A stretch of DNA of 64,000 nt from Chiloscyllium plagiosum (Eukaryota), in contig NC_057718.1 of assembly GCF_004010195.1 (NCBI RefSeq), forward strand, positions 87,044,139-87,108,138. The letters are read 5' to 3'. Of the stretch, positions 37,881 through 49,724 are shown piece by piece; positions within the stretch are counted from its first letter, which is position 1, and the number at the start of each line of letters is the position of its first letter. Both the position numbers and the translations under genes were made by a program. The notes under the pieces are model-generated. The model saw only the letters and a list, made by a program, of their open reading frames with translations, had not been told where the DNA came from and made no database searches.

Positions 37881-38208
37881 ATTAGATTAGATTACATTAC
37901 ATTACAGTGTGGAAATGTAATCTAATCTAATCCTTCGGCCCAACAAGTCCACACCGACCCGCCAAAGCGCAACCCACCCATACCCCTACATTTACCCCTT
38001 ACCTAACACTACGGGCAATTTAGCGTGCACAATTCACCTGACCTGCACATCTTTGGACTGTGGGAGGAAACCGGAGCACCCGGAGGAAACCCACGCAGAC
38101 ATGGGGAGAACGTGCAAACTCCACACAGTCAGTCACCTGAGGCGGGAATTGAACCCGGGTCTCAGGCGCTGTGAGGCAGCAGTGCTAACCACTGTGCCAC
38201 CGTGCCGT
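37881..38208 (-). mobile_element. HE1-like V-SINE inserted into a CR1 3' end (37748-38480)
   Basis: Near-identical to the reverse complement of 31549; host CR1 sequence on both sides. Confidence 0.92.
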
Positions 38209-38894
38209 CCACATGTATCTATTCATGTATCTATCCAAATATCTTTCAGACATCCACCACTTTCTCAGGAAGTTCATTCCACCCACAAACACTCTGTGAA
38301 AAGAAATTTGCCTGTTATGTCATTTTAAATCTCTCTCCTCTAACTTTAAAAATGTGCTCCAGTCTTGAAATCCCCCATCCTAGGGAAAAGACAACTACCG
38401 TTAACTCTACCTATACCTCTCATTATTTTATAAACTTCTATCAGATCACCTCTGAACCTCCTACACGCCAGTGAAAAACGTATCTCCAATACCTTAGAGT
38501 AGAACTATTTGGTTTCCACTTACAGACTGTGTGACCTTAATTGAATGGATGGAAACAATGTAACATGAGCATTAATTAGAGCCATTACTCTATAGAACTG
38601 ATGGAGATGTCCTTTTCATTCTCACTTGGATAATGGCAGCATCCATCTCCATCAGTGAGGCTGCTTTCCTTCCAAAGCTGCAGGTTCTTAGGTTGGACTT
38701 GCAGCCTCAAAAATTCACCTGTTGTTGTCTTTAACTGAATGGTAAATGGGGAACTCAGTAATTGGAAGATTGCCTCTCAGAAGATCATACCTATGGGAGA
38801 GTTGGATCAAGAACTGACCAAGACCATCAATTATTTTTGAACTGGGTAAGATTATGTCCAGTGTGGGCTCAAATTCAATAGAACAAAGTAATAT

Positions 38895-39220
38895 GGGTGA
38901 CACGGTGGCTCAGTGGTTAGCACTGCTGCCTCACAGCACCAGCAACCCGGGTTCGATTGCAGCCTTGGGCAACTGTCTATGTGGAGTTTGCACATTCTCC
39001 CCGTGTCTGCGTGGGTTTCCTCCGGGTGCTGCAGTTTCCTCCCACTATCCAAAGATATGCAGGTTAGTGAATTAGGCAATCCTAAATTGTCCTTAGTGTT
39101 CGGGGATGTATAGGTTAGGGGGTAAATGTAGGCGAATGGGTTTGGGTGGGATACTCTTTAGTGGGTCAGTGTGGATTTGTTGGGCTGAAGAGCCTATTTC
39201 CACACTGTAGGGATTCTAAT
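38895..39220 (+). mobile_element. HE1-like V-SINE
   Basis: tRNA head, V-domain and tail. Confidence 0.92.
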
Positions 39221-39317
39221 AGATAAACATGGTATAATCAAATAGATTTCACATGTAAGACAGAATTTGAGTAACGGTTGCAATAAAAATCTGGAAAACT
39301 TACCCTATAGAAATTGG

Positions 39318-40156
39318 AGCGGAACAGTGGTTCAGTGATTAGCACTGTTTTCTCAGTGCCAGGGACCTGGGTTCATACAATAGAATAAAATAGAATAGCC
39401 TTTATTGTTACACATACTCAATGAGTATAGTGAAAACTTTATATATCGCCAATTACAGCAGTAACTTAGATACAAAAGAACTTGGCACAGCATCTTCTGT
39501 TACAAGAATTTTTGCAGAAACAAAATGTCAAACATTACAGAAAAGAGTTCAGTACAGCAGACCACACTGGCACTTAGCTTCCAGTCTGCACCAGGCCCTG
39601 GCTCCACACCGCACTGGCGACACACCACGCCAGAAGGCTGCTTCGGGAGGCTGGGAGGCCGCTGCACAATGCTGGAAGTGACCTCCAGAGACTCATCCGG
39701 ATGCTAAGAACTGTTGCTCACCGGAGGCCAGAATGGTCGTCCGAGGCCAGGAGCCAAAGGGAAGAAAAGAAGAAGGAGAAGAAGAAAAAAGAAACACTAG
39801 GTGGAAGAAAAAGAGAAGAGAAAGAAGAAAAGAAGAAGAGTGGGTGGAGTGGAGAAACTTCGACTGGAGTGTTCCACTCAGCCACCACCCTGAAAAGAAT
39901 TCAATTCCAGCCCCAGACAACTGTCTGTGTGGAGTTCTCACATTCTCCCTGTGTCTGTGTGGGTTTCCTCCAGGTGCTCCTGTTTCCTCCAAAAGTCCAA
40001 AGGTGTGCAGGTTAGGTGGATTGGTCATGGGAAATGCAGGGTCACAGGGATACATTCAGGGGATAGGTCTGAGTGGCATGCTCTTTGGTGGGTCTGTTTG
40101 CACTTGATGGGCTGAATGGTCTGCTTCCACACTGTAGAAATTCTATGATTCTATGA
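39318..40156 (+). mobile_element. HE1-like V-SINE split at its B-box by a minus-strand insert (39376-39898)
   Basis: Head ends GGGTTCA at 39375; body resumes ATTCCAGCCCCAGACAACTGTCTGTGTGGAG at about 39900. Confidence 0.8.
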
Positions 40157-40267
40157 AATTGATGATTCAAAGCTAATTATTAGCTTGAGAAAGGCAGGAT
40201 TGGGAAAAAAAACTCTCAATAGCAAACTAGCTCATATTAGATATACTTTTCACTTTAAGAGGTGCAT

Positions 40268-41062
40268 ATAGAATCATATAACACAGAAACAGATCCTTTG
40301 GTCAAACTCATCCACATCAACCAGATTTCCCAAAATAAATTAGTCCCATTTTCTTGCATTTTTCCCATATCCCTTTAAACCTTTCCTATTCATGTACCTG
40401 TCCAAATATCTTTTAAATATTCTAACTGTACCAAAACTTACCACTTCCTCTGGCACTTCATTCCATATACACATCAACCTTTGTGTGAAAAAATTGCCCG
40501 TCAGATCCCTTTTAAATTTTTCTCTTTCTCACCTTAAACCTATGTCCTGTAGTTTTGAACTCCCCTATCCTAGGCTATTCACCTTATCTATGCCTCTCAT
40601 GATTTTATAACATTCTATAAAGTCACCCGTGAACTTCCGATACTCCAGGGAGAAACATCCCAGGCCTATTCAGCCACTCCCCATAACTCAAACACTCCAG
40701 TCTTGGTAACATTCTTGTAAATCTTTTCTGCACCCTTTCCAATTTAGTAATGTCCTTCCTACAGCAGGGCAACCAGAACTGTACCCAATACTCCAAAAGT
40801 AGCCTCACCAATGTCATGTACGGCTATAACATGTCATCCCAACTCCTATACTCAGTGCTCTAACCAATGAAGGCAAGTGTGGCAAACGCCTTCTTCACTA
40901 CCCTGTCTACCTGTGATGCTACTTTCAAGAGACTATGTACCTGAATCCCTGGGTCTTCTGTTTGACAACACTCCCCAAGGATCTACCATTAACTATGTAA
41001 GTCTTGCCCTGATTTCTAATACCAAAATGCAACTCCTCACATTTATCTAAATTAAATTCTAT
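40268..41062 (-). mobile_element. CR1 LINE 3' fragment
   Basis: LVRLLLEYWVQFWLP..RKDITKLERVQKRFTRMLPRL; FNLDKCEELHFG. Confidence 0.92.
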
Positions 41063-41217
41063 TCTGAAAGAGCAATTCGTAAGTACTAATCTGAGATTGA
41101 AATATAACTGTTTTATGTAAGGAAGTTGAAAAAGTAGATCTGTGGTCTGCATCAAATTCATTAATGACAGCAAGTGTATATGTATTTTTCTCCCCTTTTA
41201 AATATATACATATATTT

Positions 41218-41720
41218 TTTGAGAAGATTTGTAGCTCAGGTTGAGGTTCTGGATGTAGATTTTCTCGCTGAGCTGGAAGGTTCGTTTTTAGACATTATAC
41301 TAGGTAACATCATCAGTGAGCGTCCCGATGAAGCACTGGTGGCATGCCCTGCTTTCTATTTATGTGTTTAGGTTTCCTTGGGTTGGTGATGTAATTTCCT
41401 GTGGTGAATCATTTCCTGAGGTGTCGTTCTCTTTCTCAGGGGGTGGTAAATGGGATCCAAGTCAATGTGTTTGTTGATAGAGTACCGGAATGCCACGCTT
41501 CTAGGAATTCTCATGCGTGTCTCTGTTTTTCTTGTCCTAGGATGGATGTGTTGTCCCACTCGAAGTGGTGTCCTTCTGTATGTAAGGATACCAGTGAGAG
41601 TGGGTCATGTATTTTTGTGGCTAGTTGATGTTCATGTATCCTGGTGGCTAGTTTTCTGCCTGTTTGTCAAATGTAGTTGTTTTACAGTTCTTGCAAGGTA
41701 TTTTGTAAATGACATTAGTC
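41218..41720 (-). mobile_element. Penelope-like element GIY-YIG 3' fragment
   Basis: Same family as 3272-4039 and 25345-26135; SINKHIDLDPIYHPLRKR. Confidence 0.88.
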
Positions 41721-41834
41721 ATATGTGTTATATATGTGTTTCATTATCTGTTGCTGGTAACCATTAAAATATCTGACCTGTTGGAAATTGCCACCTTCGC
41801 CAATTTACACAATCAATGTCTGTTATCTTCAGCA

Positions 41835-41966
41835 AGGAGAAAGTGAGGACTGCAGATGCTGGAGATCAGAGTCGAAGAGTGTGGTGCTGGAAAAGTACAC
41901 CCGGTCAGGCAGCATCCGAGGAGCAGGAGAATTGACATTTTGGGCATAAGCCCTTCATCAGGAATG
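41835..41966 (-). mobile_element. 132-bp Penelope tail starting at the hammerhead, with 10-bp TSD
   Basis: ATCTTCAGCA at 41825-41834 and 41967-41976; reverse complement starts CATTC-CTGATGA-A-GGGC-TTAT-GCCC-AAAATGTC. Confidence 0.85.
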
Positions 41967-42094
41967 ATCTTCAGCAGAATTATTTTCAATTTGGGAAGGA
42001 GCAGGGCATGAGGATTTCAGCTCTCAGTAGCTATTTGCAAAAACATATCTCTACATTTTACCAGAGGTCCCTAACTCACAGGTGCCTTTCCTTA

Positions 42095-42570
42095 GCCTAT
42101 TTGATTCACTCCACACGATATCAGGAAAAAGCTGAAGGCACTGATACTGCAAAGGCTTTGGGCCCTGACAATATTCCAGCAATGTGTAATGAAGACTTAT
42201 GCTCCAGAGCTTACCGTACACCTAGCCAAGCTGTTCTATTACAGCTACAACACTGGCATCTACCCAACAATGTGGAAAGTTGCTCCAGGATGTCCTGTAC
42301 ACAAAAGGCAGGACAAATCCATCCAGGTTAATAACTGCCCCAGCAGTCTATTCTCAGCCATCATTAAAATGTTGGAATGAGTCATCAACAGTGCTATCAA
42401 GCAGCATTTGCCTAGCCAATGAACTGCTTGCTGACCCTCAATTTGAGTTCTGAAATGGTCTGCCAGCTCCTGACCTCATTACAGTCTTGATAAAAAAGCT
42501 GGACTCCAGAAGTGAAGTGACAAAAGATTTCATTTGCCTGAGTGCAGCATCAAGGTTCTCTAGTAAACTT
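42095..42570 (+). mobile_element. CR1/L2-group LINE RT fragment
   Basis: AKALGPDNIPA / KTYAPELTVHLAKLFYYSYNTGIYPTMWKVA. Confidence 0.8.
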
Positions 42571-44107
42571 ATGTTCATTTGTAAAAATGTTGGCAGCCTC
42601 GTGATTATGTCCAATGACTAACTGGCGTGCCAGCCAATTGGGATCTAATTTGTCCAATATTACATCAGCTATGATCATAATGAAGAATATTTAATAGAAT
42701 TTAACACACTATATACAAGATTGTAAGATTTCTATTTGCAGATTCCTAAGTCAGTGTTTGCCTTTACATTAGAAACAGTTTTGTTCAGAGGAGGGCTATC
42801 AGACCCGAAATGTTAATGCTAATTTCTCTTCACAGATGCTGCCAGATCTGCTGTGCTTTTCCAGCAATTTCTGTTTTTGTTTCTGACTTACAGCATCCGC
42901 AGTTCTTTTGTGTTTTTTATTTGCCTTTAAATTGTTGGACTTTGCTGAACATGGTGAACTAGATTTAGATTTTCAGCAAGAAACACACTTTTGGAAAGTA
43001 TGTCAGAACCATTCAAAAATTCCTGGCTAACCATTCATTCCCAGTGGCATCCATGGCTCAAATGGGACAGTCAACATTAACAAAGAGTGTAGGATTAAAA
43101 ATAGCAAAAATGTGATATCACCCAGACATAAGCCAAATGCATCATTATGAAAGGAGAATTATAACTCAAAGGAGTGTGGATAGAGGGACTTATAGCAATT
43201 TTAACAGACAAAAAGAGTTGGGGATGTATAACAGAAGAATGAACCCCAGGAACGCTTAGGATAAGGTCAATAGGTGTTTTAGATGTGATTTGAAATACTA
43301 TTGTGCAATTAATTGTCCAAATGGAATGACAAGGTTTCTGAAATTACACATGACTTTGAAGGTTTTGCCTGAGAAGATGGTGATATTGATCAGACAGAAG
43401 AAATTGTATGAGTTACAAGAAGGTTCAGTTTCGTAATTTACATTTTAGTAGCAGACTCATTCAGTTGTCTTGAACAATGAATGCACATCTACAGTGTGTA
43501 GAGGAGATTGGTCAAAATGTCACCTAGATTCTTTAAATAATAAGGATCAAACTAAGATTTAGAGCCTTCAGAGTCCTATCTGCTTGGAGATGAGATCACT
43601 AAAAAAATGATGACTTCCTGCAAAATAGATGGGGTAAATCATTTTGTCAACATAGTCGTCATGTCAAGTAAAATATCCTTGTGCAAAGTCTCAAATAAAA
43701 CTGGGCATGGAATATGACAAAGCAGTTGTTTATAGGATGCCGCTGTTCTACAGTTTACACAATTTGGACATTATTCTATTCCCTTAACAAGACCTAATTT
43801 GTGTCATCAAAACATTAAGCAGGTGTTATTGGCCTCAGAAGATAGGAGTTTAAAGCAAGAGGATGGTACAAAAACATGTAAGATTATTCAGATTTGTTTT
43901 CTGGCATGGCCTGAACTCTGTGCTTTCATACCCCAAATCTAAGATCTTTACAGGTAGTGCAGATTATTATGAATTGGTAATTAGTTGTGTTCAGACACGT
44001 AGGATAAGCTTTCTGTTTGAATTGCAGATAACAAACAATAGTAACTAGATGGAAGATTTCTCAAAAGTGTATTTTTAAAATGTTTGATCCATGATTGCTT
44101 TTTGTAG

Positions 44108-44600
44108 TGCAGGACTTATACACTTAATCGTAAGGTCCTGAGGTGTGTTGCTGAGCAAAGAGACCTTGGAGTTCAGGTGAATAGTTCCTTGAAGTAGAGT
44201 TGCAGGTAATAGGATAGTAAAGAAGCAGGAGTATGAGGAGTATGGATAGGGTAAATAGACAAAGTCTTTACCCCAGGGTATGGGAGTCCAAACCTAGAGG
44301 GCATAGAGTCATACTCATAGAGTCATAGAAATGTACAGCGTGGAAACAGACCCTTCGGTCCAACCCGTCCATGCCGACCAGATATCTCAACCCAATCTAG
44401 TCCCACCTGCCAGCACCTGGCCCATATCCCTCCAAACCTTTCCTATTCATCCAAATGCCTCTTAAATGTTGCAATTATACCAGCCTCCAACACTTTGTCT
44501 GGCAGCTCATTGGGTGAGAGGGGAAAGATTTAAAAGGGATCTAAGGGGCAACTGTTTCACACAGCAGGTGGTGCGTGTATGGAATGAGCAGCCAGAGAAA
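44108..44600 (+). mobile_element. CR1 3' fragment containing an oppositely oriented CR1 3' end (about 44306-44511)
   Basis: ESKPRGH|...GERFKRDLRGNCFTQQVVRVWNE split by a minus-strand tail ATAGAGTCATAGAAATGTACAGC. Confidence 0.8.
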
Positions 44601-44629
44601 GTGGGGATGGGAGCATAGGTAATGAGCAT

Positions 44630-45440
44630 GGAGGATGGTGTTCATTTTCTGAAACTTTTAAACTCAATGTTGAGTTCCGAAAACTGTAAGGTACTTAGGC
44701 AGAAGATAAGGAGTTGTTCCTCAGGCTTGCATTGGGCTTCATTGGAGCACTAGAGCAGGTCTGAGACAGAAATGGGAACAAGGTGGAATAACAGGCAACA
44801 GGAAACTTGGGGTCAATTTACAGACAGACAGTAGGTGTTCCATATAGCAGTCATCGCGTCTGTATTTCGCTTCACTTGTATAGAGCGGACCACATTGTGA
44901 GCAGTGAATGCAGTTGACTAGATTGAGTGAAATACTAGTAAATCATTGCTTGGAAGGTGTGCTTGAGGCCTTGGTTGGTGAGGATGGAGGAGGTAAATGG
45001 ACAAGTGTTACGCCTTTGGCGATTAAATGGGAAGGTGCTGTGGATGTGTGGGGTGGTGTTAGGAATGGACGAGGAATGGACTGAGGGAATAGTCCCTGTG
45101 GAATGCTGACAAGTGAAGAAAGGGCAATATGTGTCTTGTGGTGGCATCCCAATGGAGATGGTGGAAATGCTGTCTTCTGATCCTTTGGATGCGGAGGCTG
45201 GTGAGGTAGAAAGTGAGGATCGGACAGACCCTATCATAGCTGTGGGAGAGGAGAAAAGGGTGGGGGCAGAAGTGCAGGAAATAGATCAACATGGCTGAGG
45301 GCCCTGTCCACCACAAAGATAGGGAATCCTCAGCTGACTAAGGGAAGAGATTTCTGAGGCCCCCCATTGTGGAAGATCAGATACGATGGAGACCGAGAAG
45401 CTAAAAGAATGGAATTAAATCATTACAGGAAGCAAGTTGT
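44630..45440 (-). mobile_element. Penelope-like element RT C-terminus/GIY-YIG fragment, decayed
   Basis: DRVCPILTFYLTSLRIQRIRRQHFHHL.WDATTRHI; CPFTSSILTNQGLKHTFQ; HCSQCGPLY. Confidence 0.75.
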
Positions 45441-45948
45441 TTAGTCAAGGCTGTTTCTATTTTTGGTCTTTACTTCTAAACCTATGATATCTCTGTGGAA
45501 CTGTGTTGTCTTCATGTCTGTCTTTGATTAAGTGGATATTGTTTAAATTTGAATTGTAGCTTATTTGTTAACCATTTTTGCAGTTGCTTACAATTAGTTT
45601 TCAGTTAATTGAAAAAGACTGATGGACATTTATTTTACTCTGGATGTTAGTACAAAAAGGAGACAAATTGATCATTTTGGTGATTCAGTAAAAGAAATAT
45701 ATTTCTGATACAATCCATAGAATAGTAATGGGACTTGGTTACTAATGCAATCCCCCAGCAGGATCATATTAAGGATTTTACATTGGAACTCAGGGACACC
45801 TAGAAATCGCATGCTGCTGCCAGATAAATCTGTTCACAACAACACATAGAATCTAAACAGGATGTGTCTTATAGATCTTAGCTGATTTTGTAGCACTCAT
45901 TCACTTTTGCTTACTTGAAGGCTGCTAGTCTCTTACTTTTCTGTTTAG

Positions 45949-46122
45949 CACAAAGAAGCAGCTAACTTGTCACGATTGGGAGCACTGAACAGTCAAGAAA
46001 GTGCACTTGTTACTATACAGCACCATACTTCATCAATGCTTCACCTACAGCATATGCCAGCAGTTTACCTAGTAAACATACTACATCTGCTTCAGACAAA
46101 TGGTCATGTCCGAAAGTCAAAA
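45949..46122 (+). CDS. ADGB: Candidate androglobin linker exon (HKEAANLSRLGALNSQES...GHVRKSK), phase 0-0
   Basis: ctcttacttttctgtttag acceptor, AAA|gtaagc donor, 174 bp stop-free in phase 0; no homology support. Confidence 0.5.
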
Positions 46123-46227
46123 GTAAGCAGTTCTTAGTGGGGTCAAGGGAGACTTTGGTCAGTCAGTAGGTACCACCAAAGTCAGTCAAGTGGCTTATCA
46201 GTTCCAGTCCAGGGGTTGGCCATGGTT

Positions 46228-46352
46228 CATCAGGGCTTATGTCCAAAACATCAAATCTCCTGCTTCTCAGATGCTTCCTGACCTGCTGTGCTTTTCCAGC
46301 ACCACACTCTCAACTCTGATCTCCAGCATCTGCAGTTCTCACTTTCTCCTAG
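46228..46352 (+). mobile_element. Degenerate Penelope tail with TSD-like flanks
   Basis: GGGCTTATGTCC-AAAACATC then the standard tail; TTGGCCAT(G/A)GTT on both sides. Confidence 0.7.
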
Positions 46353-47782
46353 TTTGGCCATAGTTAGTTCTGTAGTTTAAGTGCAATCCATCTGGGGATT
46401 ACAGGTACATCAGTTGGAGTACTCTGGAGACATTAATCTCATGGGAGCAGGTGGGACATTTTTCCTGCAATGAAACAAAGGGAAAGATTAAGTATTCTGG
46501 AAGTGGATGGACAAGCAGTTAGTGGTGATGAAGGAGCAGGAGAGATGTTGAGGTATTTCTGAGTGACTAGGAAGCACAGAGGGCAGGAAGGGTTAATTGT
46601 TTGGGAGGATAAGGTGATTGAGATTCATTGAGTGAACCCAATATATGCAATGGTGAGAGCTGTAGTCTTGGTGTGATAAGTTCAAGTGAGTGTTGAACCT
46701 ACAAAGTTGAGATAGTGGAGAGAAGATAGGCACACTTATCAATGCAGAAGCACAGAAGATTATTGACCTTTTGCATTGCAAGGCAATCCTTTATATCAGG
46801 ACTTAGCACTGATCCAGGTTGCTATCTGGATCCAAACTGTCTGAGTCTGGTGGTGTAGCATCCTTTGACGGTCAACAGGAGAAAGGACTGCCCTCCTCTC
46901 CACCACCACATCCACCAGTACCTTCCAGGTTTCTGGGATTGAGATTTGTTTTCTGAACTGTGTCCTCAGTGATAATGGTGGAGAGCAGTTCCTGCTTGCA
47001 GCAAATCAAATGATGTGCAGCTGGGCTTTACATATGACATCACAAGTATGAATGGTGGAAGATCCCGCAGCGGTAAGAATTTCCACTAGTCCTGCTGTAC
47101 AATCGCATAACAGGATACTGAAGAGCCCAGTTCTGTAATAATAAGGTGAAGAGTGGACAATTGTGTGAGAAAAGCCTCTCCGAGCCAGGATGGATCAGAG
47201 GTCATGAGTATCATTTAATAAAATACTTGAACTGAAAATGAGAAAATTCAGATTGTGTCGAATAGCATATGCTATGATTTCCTGTCACTCTCTTCTCCAT
47301 CGGGATGACAGTTTCTCAAAGGAACAGGAAGGTTAATTCTCTTTGAAAGAGGGTCAGATATATGGTGAACTATCTGGTGGTTGTTGAGAACCATAAAGCC
47401 AATTGGGTTCCAATATGGTTCTTGGGTTATGTAAAACCTGACAATCCAATCATGTAACTTAACGAACACAGCATATTTTCTGCTGATATTTGTTTGCAGC
47501 AGACTTATTTTGTACAAGTTCCTCAATCCAAGCTTATTAAATTTCTATTATGAATCAGAATTTTTGAACAATCAGCACCAACATTTTGACAGCTACATGC
47601 ACATTGATCGGGAAATTAATTAAGTGCTCAGGGATATTTTATTACATTAAAGGTGATATATAAATGACTGTTGTATGTGGATCACAAGGCCTTGCAGTGT
47701 TTGTTTTTATGTAGCCAATGCAAAGGAATAAAAGATTGACACACTCCTGACATGAAACATAATGTTTCTTGTCAATTGAAAG

Positions 47783-47860
47783 AAAATGGTTTTCCAAGGT
47801 GATGCAGCCAACAACACGTCACGCTTTCTGGAATCGCCAGCTGAAAACACCTTTCCTTTA
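47783..47860 (+). CDS. ADGB: Candidate androglobin linker exon (KMVFQGDAANNTSRFLESPAENTFPL), phase 0-0
   Basis: 78 bp open, CpG-containing, followed by a 79-nt GT-AG interval; both splice sites are weak (gaaag| and TTA|gtaaaa). Confidence 0.42.
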
Positions 47861-47939
47861 GTAAAACTCCCAGCTTGTAGATATATTTTTGTATATCATC
47901 CTTCTGACTGTGCATTTTGCTTTGTTTTTGTTTTGACAG

Positions 47940-47985
47940 GAAGATACTTTGTATGTTCGACCCCCACTGGAGAGTTTAATTGAAG
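47940..47985 (+). CDS. ADGB: Androglobin linker exon (EDTLYVRPPLESLIE+G), phase 0-1
   Basis: Strong T-rich ttttgacag acceptor and AAG|gtgagt donor; supplies the 0->1 phase change needed to join exon 61683. Confidence 0.82.
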
Positions 47986-48333
47986 GTGAGTTACCACACA
48001 GAACAGAGTTTTGTGAGTAGGATATCAGAATATAAGGTTGAGACAAGCAACTGAAAAGTAAGCTATTATCCTTGTCATTATTCTCATGGCACTTATAAGT
48101 GATCTTGGTAAGGAGGAGTTGCTTAATCTTCTTGGTGTTTAGTTTAATTATTAAATAACTGAATAATGGAATTTTCTGCTCGTTGAGTGATTCTTTCATT
48201 ATATCGTTAATAATGGCTTCTTATTCTTTGAAATAGCCAATTGAATCTTGTGTCCAATGTTTTAAAAAAGATGCAATATGTAGGGATGGTATTGTGCTCC
48301 CTTGTGCAAATCATAAAATTCTTAATGATTTGA

Positions 48334-48647
48334 AGATTAGATTAGATTACCTTCAGTGTGGAAACAGGCCCTTCGGCCCAACTAGTCCACACCAACCCTC
48401 CAAAGAGTAACCCACCCAGACCCATTTCCCCTCTGACTAATGCACCTAACACTATGGGAAATTTAGCATGACCAATTCACCTAACTTGCACACCTTTGGA
48501 CTGGAGGAGGAAACTGGAGCACCCAGAGTAAACCCACACAGACACGGGGAGAATGTGCAAACTCCACACAGACAATTGCCTGAAGCTGGAATTGAACCTG
48601 GGACCCTGGTGCTGTGAGGCAGCAGTGCTAACCACTGTGCCACCCAA
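48334..48647 (-). mobile_element. HE1-like V-SINE
   Basis: Full head, V-domain and (TTAGA)n tail. Confidence 0.92.
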
Positions 48648-49539
48648 TGTTGAGCTGGGGTGTACAAAGTTAAAAATCACACAACACCAGGTTATTGTCC
48701 AACAGGTTTATCTGGAAGCACTAACTTTTAGAGCACTGCTCTTTCATCAGACGGTTGTCATGCTCAATTCTTCAAGTGCGCAACAGAAGCTGTTTGACTA
48801 ATATTGTCTTCCAACTGGAACTGTCAACTGCAATCCTATTACCATTTCCTTTTCCCAATTGCAGAATCATAGACATTACATGGATGTTATTTTCTCTGTT
48901 CTGTACATCAATGTATCTTTGAGCTCTGAAATAGCTGCTACTCAATCACTATCTGTCACCAAATAATTAGGACAACTCTTGGCAGCATATAGTTGTGAGT
49001 ATTATGTGACAAGCCTGCAGCTCAGTCTCTTCATTTACTTTTGCTGTCCCCTAACATTCAGTGGTTTTCCTTTTAAACAGTTTCTTCAAGACTGCAGGTT
49101 TTCTTGATGGTAATTTCCAACTTCCTTTTCCTCTCTAAAGTCATTATAAGTTCGTTCAAACAGTTTCTACCATAGAATTGAAAAATGGATGTTACCAAAC
49201 TTACAGATTACATGCAATGGAACTGTGACTACAATAAATTACCTCTCCTCATCCTAAATTACCTCTCTCCTCCATTATCCAGCTGGGATATCCTTACCTG
49301 GTCTCATTCCTATCTATCCTGTTATTGCTAAAGAGTATTCCATAATGCAAATTTTTCTTGCTCCTGCATCATTATGTCTGGAATCAGCCAAGAATTGGCT
49401 GCCTCAATCTACCATTGCCAACTTTGTCTTCAGCTGTTGAGGTCCTAAGTTCTGGAATTACCACTACTCCTCTGTGCTGCTTAAAACCTAAGTTTTCAAC
49501 CAAATATTTAATGTTATTCTATTGAAGCATTTTGAAGTT

Positions 49540-49724
49540 TTAGATTAGATTCCTTACAGTGTGGAAACAGGCCCTTTGGCCCAACAAGTCCACACTGACC
49601 CTCCGAAGAGTAACCCACCCAGACCCATTTCCCTCTGACTAATGCAACTAACACTATGGGCAATCTAGCATGGCCAATTCACCTGACCTGCACGTCTTTT
49701 GGACTGTGAGAGGAAACCGGAGCA
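49540..49724 (-). mobile_element. HE1-like V-SINE, 5'-truncated
   Basis: Tail and part of V-domain only. Confidence 0.88.

Noticed and set aside
39693..40107. Overlapping 104-124 aa K/E/R-rich ORFs
   Set aside because: Purine-rich low-complexity part of a retroposon plus HE1 SINE
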